A stretch of DNA of 12,905 bases from Candidatus Eiseniibacteriota bacterium (GTDB lineage: Bacteria; Eisenbacteria; RBG-16-71-46; JABDJR01), in the NCBI GenBank assembly GCA_963783375.1, contig CAWANH010000008.1:1-12905 (forward strand), in the 5' to 3' direction. How positions within the stretch are numbered: position 1 is the stretch's first letter; every line of letters begins with the position of its first letter. The translations under genes and the position numbers were made by a program. Below, in pieces: positions 7,778-12,905 of this stretch. The notes under the pieces are model-generated. The model was given only the letters and a program-made list of their open reading frames with translations. It had not been told where the DNA came from and searched no databases.

Positions 7778-7814
7778 CGCGCCGGTCCGAGGGCGGTAGG
7801 AACTCTCTCGACGC

Positions 7815-8096
7815 ATGCTGACCCTCGCTCTCATCATCGCCCTCGCCGTCTATCTCTGGTGGCGCCTCCACGGAGGGAACCGGGCCAGCCTGCGGTTCGT
7901 GGAGGGAAAGCTCGCCGCGGAACGGGGAAAAATGGCCGACGGCGAGCGGCGGGCGATCCTCGACGTGGCCGAGTTGTGGAAGGTCACCGGGCGGGTGACG
8001 ATACGGCACGGGGGCGGGTTGGTGTTCTCCCGCTCGGTGAAGGGCGCCGACCGCCAGCGGTTCCGGAACGCGTTCCTGACCACCCAGATGCAATGA
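7815..8096 (+). CDS. Membrane-anchored DUF3634-like small protein
   Basis: N-terminal TM helix, then LRFVEGKL...RGK...DVA....VTGRV and C-terminal LVFSRSV....RQRFRNAF, a pattern I recognise from DUF3634. Confidence 0.65.
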   Translation: MLTLALIIALAVYLWWRLHGGNRASLRFVEGKLAAERGKMADGERRAILDVAELWKVTGRVTIRHGGGLVFSRSVKGADRQRFRNAFLTTQMQ

Positions 8097-8135
8097 ACCT
8101 GACGGCGCGCCGCCGGGGAGGAAGGTAGGACCACG

Positions 8136-8639
8136 ATGAACGACGGACCCCCGGGCGGGTTCATGATTCGCCCCGCGGCCATGGAGGATGTTCCCACGAT
8201 CCTGGCCATGATCCGCGGCCTGGCCGCCTACGAGAAGTTGGCCCACCAGGTCGAGGCGAACGAGGACGACCTCCGGCGGACGTTGTTCGGGGAGCGCTCC
8301 GCCGCCGAGGCGCTCCTGGGCTTCGAGGACGGTGTCGCGGTGGGTCTGGCCGTCTACTTCCACAGCTATTCGACGTTTCTCGGGCGGCGCGGGCTCTATC
8401 TGGAGGATCTCTTCGTCCTGCCCGAGCACCGTGGCCGGGGGTACGGAAAGGCCTTCCTCCGGCGACTGGCCGCCATCGCCCGCGAGCGCGGCTGCACGCG
8501 GATGGAGTGGGCGGTCCTCGACTGGAACCGGCCGGCCATCGAATTCTACGAGGCCCTCGGCGCCCGGCCCCTCGACGAGTGGACGACCTTCCGGATGACC
8601 GGAGACGCCATCGACGCGTTGGCCGGGCCCAAGCAGTGA
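8136..8639 (+). CDS. GNAT N-acetyltransferase, SSAT/diamine acetyltransferase-like
   Basis: IRPA..EDVP.I..MIRGLAAYEK, HSYSTFLGRRGLYLEDLFV, acetyl-CoA motif A EHRGRGYGK and MEWAVLDWNRPAIEFYEALGA. AGGA precedes ATG 8136. Confidence 0.95.
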   Translation: MNDGPPGGFMIRPAAMEDVPTILAMIRGLAAYEKLAHQVEANEDDLRRTLFGERSAAEALLGFEDGVAVGLAVYFHSYSTFLGRRGLYLEDLFVLPEHRGRGYGKAFLRRLAAIARERGCTRMEWAVLDWNRPAIEFYEALGARPLDEWTTFRMTGDAIDALAGPKQ

Positions 8640-8703
8640 CCGGGCGGCTCCCGGCCGGCGAGGCGGCCGGACCGGCGAACGCGCCCCAACCATGGAGGAG
8701 CGG

Positions 8704-9120
8704 ATGACTGAATCGAACCAGCCGGACCACCGGGCGGTGCGCGGGATCGGCGGGGTGTTTCTCTACTCCGAGGATCCCCAGGCGTTGGCGGCCTGGTACA
8801 CCCGGTATCTGGGGATCGAGATGGAGTGGGGAGGGCCGGAGAACTGCGGGGCCTCGTACTCCATCCGGGACGAGGACGCCCTCGACGTGAAGGCCGAGTT
8901 CGTATGGGCGATCCTCGCCGCCAAGAAGCCCCTTCCCGCCGAGCGCACCCAGTGCGTGATCAACTACCGGGTCGCGGACCTGGACCGGCTGGTGGCCCAG
9001 CTGCGATCGGCGGGGGTGGTGATCGAGCGCACCGAGGAGGGGGAGTACGGGCGCTTCGCCTGGATTTCCGACCCCGAGGCGAACCGGATCGAGCTCTGGG
9101 AGCCCCCCCCAGGGCGCTGA
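8704..9120 (+). CDS. VOC (glyoxalase/bleomycin resistance) family protein
   Basis: GIGGVFLYSEDPQALAAWY, INYRVADLD and EYGRFAWISDPEANRIELWEP. GGAGGAG at 8694-8700 favours ATG 8704; ATG 8692 is in frame. Confidence 0.92.
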   Translation: MTESNQPDHRAVRGIGGVFLYSEDPQALAAWYTRYLGIEMEWGGPENCGASYSIRDEDALDVKAEFVWAILAAKKPLPAERTQCVINYRVADLDRLVAQLRSAGVVIERTEEGEYGRFAWISDPEANRIELWEPPPGR

Positions 9121-9356
9121 ACCGGGCCGGGTCCCGGCCTCGCCGCCCGGGGCGCGCCCCCGGCGAGCCGGCCGGTTGCCGCAAGGAAACCGGTAAACCG
9201 AAACCCCCCTTCCCCCATGGTGAGCCCGCCGCGTTCGGGGTTATGATCGAACCCGTCTTGACGCTCACCTAGAGGCGCGGCCGGGAGGCGGCATCCGGGT
9301 TTCCGGCGGATCGACCGGGCCGGAACCGGTCCCGGGCCGAACCGCCGGAGGGGAAT
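9121..9356 (+). promoter_or_regulatory. Structured intergenic/leader region upstream of the SDR, with a candidate -10 (TATGAT 9242-9247) and an RBS-occluding hairpin (9301-9350)
   Basis: Longest internal spacer of the gene run. Several inverted repeats can be read directly (9120-9177, 9172-9193, 9219-9269, 9301-9350). I recognise no known riboswitch consensus. Confidence 0.4.
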
Positions 9357-9359
9357 GTG

Positions 9360-10118
9360 ATGGGATCGATCGCGGTCATTACCGGGGCCACTGCGGGATT
9401 CGGGGAAGCCTGCGCCCGCCGCTTCGCCGGCGCCGGATGGAAGCTGGTGCTCACCGGGCGGCGGGTGGGGCGCCTGAAGGCGCTCCAGGAGGAGCTGGGG
9501 AAGCAGACCGCCGTGCACGTGGAGGCGTTCGACGTCCGGGACCGCCGCGAGACGGAGTCCCGCCTCGCCACCCTTCCCGCCGAATTCCGGGACGTCGATC
9601 TCCTGGTCAACAACGCCGGGCTCGCCCTGGGCCTGGAGCCCGCCCACCGGGCCGATCTCGACGACTGGGAGACCATGGTGGACACCAACATCCGGGGGCT
9701 CATGGTGGTGACCCGGGCTCTCCTCCCCGGGATGGTGGAGCGGGGGCGCGGCCACGTGGTGAATCTCGGCTCCGCCGCCGCGAACTGGCCCTATCCGGGA
9801 GGGAACGTGTACGGGGCCACCAAGGCCTTCGTGGCCCAGTTCTCGAGGAACCTCCGGGCGGACCTTCTCGGGACCGGGGTGCGGGTGACCGACGTCCAGC
9901 CCGGCCTGGCCGAGACCGAGTTCTCGGTGGTGCGATTCAAGGGGGACGCAGGGAAGGCGGCGAAGGTCTACGAGGGGACGAATCCCCTGACCGCCGCGGA
10001 CATCGCAGAGATCGTGTTCTGGGTGGCCACCCTCCCTCCGCACGTCAACGTCAACGCGCTCGAGGTGATGCCGGTCCGGCAGACCTGGGGCCCATTCGCC
10101 ATCCATCGCGAACCCTGA
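9360..10118 (+). CDS. ydfG: Short-chain dehydrogenase, YdfG-like NADP-dependent 3-hydroxy acid/L-serine dehydrogenase
   Basis: ITGATAGFG, TGRR, LVNNAGLALGLEPA, VDTNIRG, NLGSAA.WPYPGGNVYGATKAFV (YxxxK), PGLAETEFSVVRFKGD and LPPHVNVN. GGAGGGG at 9347-9353 precedes GTG 9357 / ATG 9360. Confidence 0.92.
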   Translation: MGSIAVITGATAGFGEACARRFAGAGWKLVLTGRRVGRLKALQEELGKQTAVHVEAFDVRDRRETESRLATLPAEFRDVDLLVNNAGLALGLEPAHRADLDDWETMVDTNIRGLMVVTRALLPGMVERGRGHVVNLGSAAANWPYPGGNVYGATKAFVAQFSRNLRADLLGTGVRVTDVQPGLAETEFSVVRFKGDAGKAAKVYEGTNPLTAADIAEIVFWVATLPPHVNVNALEVMPVRQTWGPFAIHREP

Positions 10119-10139
10119 GGGAAAGCTCTGGAGGAACCC

Positions 10140-11282
10140 ATGGACTGCGTCCACGGAAACACGATCTATACCGGGACCTCGGTGGTGAAGAACGCCTACC
10201 TGCTCTTCGAGGGCCGGAAGCTGGCCGGGGTGGCCAAGGCGAAGAAGGGGACCGTGCGCGGGGAGTTCGAGACGGTGACCCCGGCCTTCGTGGATCCCCA
10301 CAGCCACATCGGCATGCACCGCGCGGGCGAGCCCGAATCCGAAGGGGAATCGAACGAGCACATGGAGGCGCTGCTCGCCCTGCCCGATGCTCTCGACTCG
10401 ATCCAGATGGACGACGCGGCGTTCCAGGACGCGGTGGAGATGGGGGCGCTCTATTCCTGCGCGCTCCCGGGAAGCGGCAACATCATCGGCGGGCTGACCG
10501 CGGTGGTCCGGAACTATGCGAAGAACAGCACCGACGCCCTGGTGGCCCGGGCCGGGGTGAAGGCGGCCTTCGGCTACAACCCGATGTCCACCGTGGAGTG
10601 GAAGGGGAAGCGTCCGAGCACCCGCATGGGCGCTCTGGCCCTCCTCCGCGGGAAGCTCATCGACGTCCAGAACAAGCTGGAGAAGCGGGCGCGGGCGCGC
10701 GCGGACAAGAAGCTGGAGCTGGCCCTGACCGCCGAGGAGGTGGTCCTGGTCGATCTGCTCGCGCGGAAGCAGGTCCTGCGGACCCACGTCCACAAGATCG
10801 ACGACATCGCGGCGCTGCTCCGGATCGTCGATGAGTTCAAGCTCCGGATCACCGTCGAGCACTCCATGGACGTGCACCAGCCCGAGATCTACCGGGAGCT
10901 CGCCCGGCGGAAGATCCCGGTCACCTACGGCCCCATCGACGCCTTCGCCTACAAGGTGGAGCTCAAGCACGAGAACTGGCGGAACGTGAAGCACCTGATC
11001 GACGCGGGCGGCGCCTTCGGCCTCATGACCGACCATCCGGTGACCCCGGCCCGCCAGCTCTTCCTCCAGACCCGCTGGTTCACCCGTCACGGCTACACCA
11101 AGCAGCAGGCGGTGGAGCTGGTCACCCGGCGGAACGCGGAGCTTCTGGGCCTGGGGAAGATCCTCGGCACCCTGGACAAGGGCAAGTGGGCCTCGTTCGT
11201 GGGGTGGAACGGCGATCCCTTCGACTTCACCGCGTATCCCACCGCGGTGTACGGCGAGGGAACGCTCGTCTTCGGGGAGTAG
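10140..11282 (+). CDS. Metal-dependent amidohydrolase (TIM-barrel, imidazolonepropionase-like group), substrate unknown
   Basis: Metal motif PAFVDPHSHIG (HxH), LPGSGNIIGG, VKAAFGYNP, PSTRMG, HVHKIDDI, VEHS, MTDHPV and GTLDKGKWA. GGAGG precedes ATG 10140. Confidence 0.93.
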   Translation: MDCVHGNTIYTGTSVVKNAYLLFEGRKLAGVAKAKKGTVRGEFETVTPAFVDPHSHIGMHRAGEPESEGESNEHMEALLALPDALDSIQMDDAAFQDAVEMGALYSCALPGSGNIIGGLTAVVRNYAKNSTDALVARAGVKAAFGYNPMSTVEWKGKRPSTRMGALALLRGKLIDVQNKLEKRARARADKKLELALTAEEVVLVDLLARKQVLRTHVHKIDDIAALLRIVDEFKLRITVEHSMDVHQPEIYRELARRKIPVTYGPIDAFAYKVELKHENWRNVKHLIDAGGAFGLMTDHPVTPARQLFLQTRWFTRHGYTKQQAVELVTRRNAELLGLGKILGTLDKGKWASFVGWNGDPFDFTAYPTAVYGEGTLVFGE

Positions 11283-11283
11283 C

Positions 11284-11391
11284 GACGCGGTCACCGCGGC
11301 CCGGAGGCTCAGGCCCGGGATCCCCGAGCGCGGCGTGGGCGGCGTCCCGATCGCCGACGAGCTCGAGATGGAGGTGCTTCCGGATGAGTGA
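11284..11391 (+). pseudogene. Possible start-less gene remnant or micro-ORF
   Basis: 35 open codons, DAVTAARRLRPGIPERGVGGVPIADELEMEVLPDE then TGA. By my count 33 of 35 have G/C at the third position. Confidence 0.3.
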
Positions 11392-11415
11392 GAGCGATCC
11401 GGAGGGACTCCCCCC

Positions 11416-12081
11416 GTGACCCCGCTGTCCCCTGGGCGCGCCCGCGCGATCTACGATCGCATCGGCTCCCGCCAGGACACCCAGGTCTTCTACGAGAACC
11501 CGGCCGTCCGGCTCCTGCTGCGGCACGGCGATTTCGAGCATGCCCGCCGGATCTTCGAGTTCGGCTGCGGCACCGGGCGGGTGGCGGCGGAGGTGCTCTC
11601 CCGGGCGCCCGGCGCGTCCTACCGAGGCCTCGATCTGAGCCCCCGCATGGTGGCGCTGGCCCGAGAGCGGCTGGAACGGTTCGGCCCGGCCGCCGAGGTG
11701 GTCACGAGCGAAGGGGGCCCGCCGGCCGGGGAGCCCGCCGCCTCCCGCGATCGCTTCCTCTCGACCTACGTCCTCGACCTCCTGTCCGAGGAGGAGATCG
11801 GGTCGACGATCGCCGCGGCTCACCGCGTGCTCGAACCCGGGGGGCGGCTCTGCGTCTGCTCCCTCACCCACGGGATCACTCCGGTCTCCCGGTTGGTCGT
11901 CGGGATCTGGGAGCGGGTGTACGCCCACCGTCCGGCCTGGGTCGGCGGTTGCCGTCCGCTGGAGCTGGCGGGGTTCCTGGACCGGGAAGACTGGCGGATC
12001 CTGGTCGACGAGAAGGTCTCGGCCTGGGGAGTGCCGTCGGAGGTCCTGGTGGCGGCTAGAACCGAAACCGTTTCACCGTGA
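11416..12081 (+). CDS. Class I SAM-dependent methyltransferase
   Basis: Motif I IFEFGCGTG, post-I GLDLSPRM, motif II DRFLSTYVLDLL and motif III HRVLEPGGRL. GGAGG at 11401-11405 precedes GTG 11416. Confidence 0.92.
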   Translation: MTPLSPGRARAIYDRIGSRQDTQVFYENPAVRLLLRHGDFEHARRIFEFGCGTGRVAAEVLSRAPGASYRGLDLSPRMVALARERLERFGPAAEVVTSEGGPPAGEPAASRDRFLSTYVLDLLSEEEIGSTIAAAHRVLEPGGRLCVCSLTHGITPVSRLVVGIWERVYAHRPAWVGGCRPLELAGFLDREDWRILVDEKVSAWGVPSEVLVAARTETVSP

Positions 12082-12682
12082 CCGTGCCCTGGTCCAGGAC
12101 GTAGGCGTCCCCCGCCGGCCCGTAGGCGATCTCCACCGGGGTATGGAACGCGGGGAGGCTCTCGGGGCCGCGGCGCCAGGCCCCGGGGGAGGGGATCTCC
12201 AGCGCGCCGAACTGGAGAGCCGTGGGAGGCGGGATCGGGGCGCCCAGCCCGCGGGACCAGCCGCTCACCAGGGCGCCCTCGCCGATGAAGCAGAACACGG
12301 AGCTCGACCCGGGATCGGTGACCATGACGTAGCCTCGGGGATCGACGGCCACCGCGTAGGGCCAGAACCCGCCCGCTTCCGGGGGAGGCGCGACCTCCCA
12401 CCCCCCCACGAACACCCCTTCGGTGGTGAACCGCTGGACCCGGCCGTTTCCCGGGTCGGTCACGTAGACGAAGCCTCGGGGGTCGATCGCGATTCCCATG
12501 GGGCAACGAAAGCGCCCGGGACCGGCTCCGAAGCCCCCCCACGACGTCAGGAACCGCCCCCCGGCGGTGAACTTCTGCACCCGGTGATTCAGCTCGTCCA
12601 CCACGTACACCGCCGCCGCCGAATCCACCGCGATCCCGGTGGGCTTCAGGAACCGCCCGGGGCGATCCCTTACGAGCCCCAC
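12056..12682 (-). CDS. NHL-repeat (beta-propeller) protein, C-terminal portion; 5' part lies in another frame
   Basis: Repeats PGRFLKPTGIAVDSAAAVYVVDELNHRVQKF, WGGFGAGPGRFRCPMGIAIDPRGFVYVTDPGNGRVQRF, FWPYAVAVDPRGYVMVTD and FHTPVEIAYGPAGDAYVLD. Its 3' end overlaps the convergent methyltransferase by 26 nt. Confidence 0.88.
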   Translation of the reverse strand: MGLVRDRPGRFLKPTGIAVDSAAAVYVVDELNHRVQKFTAGGRFLTSWGGFGAGPGRFRCPMGIAIDPRGFVYVTDPGNGRVQRFTTEGVFVGGWEVAPPPEAGGFWPYAVAVDPRGYVMVTDPGSSSVFCFIGEGALVSGWSRGLGAPIPPPTALQFGALEIPSPGAWRRGPESLPAFHTPVEIAYGPAGDAYVLDQGTVTVKRFRF

Positions 12683-12903
12683 TCCCGGACCAGGGCCGGC
12701 GGGGTGAGGGGGAGGGGGCCGGGGGTGGACGCCGCGGCCCCGGAGATCACCGCCCCGCCGGCGGCCTGGATGTCCGCCGCACCCAAGGCTTCGCTGTCCG
12801 CCGGGATCAAGACCGCGCTGGCCCCCCGGGGAAGGAGGAGGGCGGCCAGAAACCCCAGCAGGTGGAGGAGGCCGAGGGGGCGGCGGGCGGAGCCATGACC
12901 GGA
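12670..12903 (-). pseudogene. Out-of-frame 5' fragment of the NHL gene (signal peptide plus linker), open to the window edge
   Basis: The minus-strand frame reads SGHGSARRPLGLLHLLGFLAALLLPRGASA-VLIPADSE...PPALVREWGS then TAA (12672-12670). WGS is the expected start of the first NHL repeat, which continues as DRPGRF in the 12682 frame. Confidence 0.65.
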
Positions 12904-12905
12904 GA

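Noticed and set aside
9103-9110. C8 homopolymer (also G7 at 7096-7102) as a phase-variation tract
   Set aside because: Both lie at the extreme 3' end of intact genes, so slippage would change only a few terminal residues.
9121-9356. Known riboswitch (c-di-GMP, cobalamin, SAM, TPP) or 6S/SRP RNA
   Set aside because: I could not find the conserved core sequences of any of these by eye. An Rfam scan is needed for a firm exclusion.
8964-11294. 776-aa minus-strand ORF, and other long antisense ORFs such as 1041..2162, 2758..4035, 5866..6807 and 7749..8693
   Set aside because: They mirror well-supported plus-strand genes, carry no recognisable motifs, and are the expected result of GC3 bias.
298-12081. 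Integron cassette array (co-oriented GNAT, VOC, methyltransferase and hydrolase genes)
   Set aside because: No integrase and no repeated attC. Several genes overlap, leaving no room for attC. The best candidate (GCTGAAC...GTTGCCG, 9116-9181) mismatches both RYYYAAC and GTTRRRY.

Overview
High-GC bacterial window with no mobile element, rRNA, tRNA or CRISPR array that I can support. It carries a dense run of about 17 plus-strand genes, several coupled by 4-nt stop/start overlaps: a small lipoprotein, FkbM methyltransferase, dimethylarginine dimethylaminohydrolase (DDAH), DUF985-type cupin, proline iminopeptidase-family hydrolase, a small protein ending in WDGCGC, an alpha/beta-hydrolase lipoprotein, an atypical receiver-DUF3052 fusion, a second FkbM methyltransferase, a small membrane protein, a LOG-family protein, a DUF3634-like protein, a GNAT acetyltransferase, a VOC protein, a YdfG-like SDR, a metal-dependent amidohydrolase and a class I SAM methyltransferase. 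A convergent minus-strand NHL-repeat gene closes the window. Features the ORF track does not show: (i) the signal peptide of the peptidase and the signal peptide/linker of the NHL gene each lie in a different frame from the protein body, with a possible third case in the first lipoprotein; (ii) a highly structured 236-nt spacer in front of the SDR, in which a long hairpin covers the ribosome-binding site; (iii) a start-less coding-like remnant after the amidohydrolase. All family calls come from motif recognition, not database searches. I cannot demonstrate a new multi-gene system. The best leads are the FkbM-DDAH-cupin coupling, the pseudo-receiver-DUF3052 fusion and the structured SDR leader.
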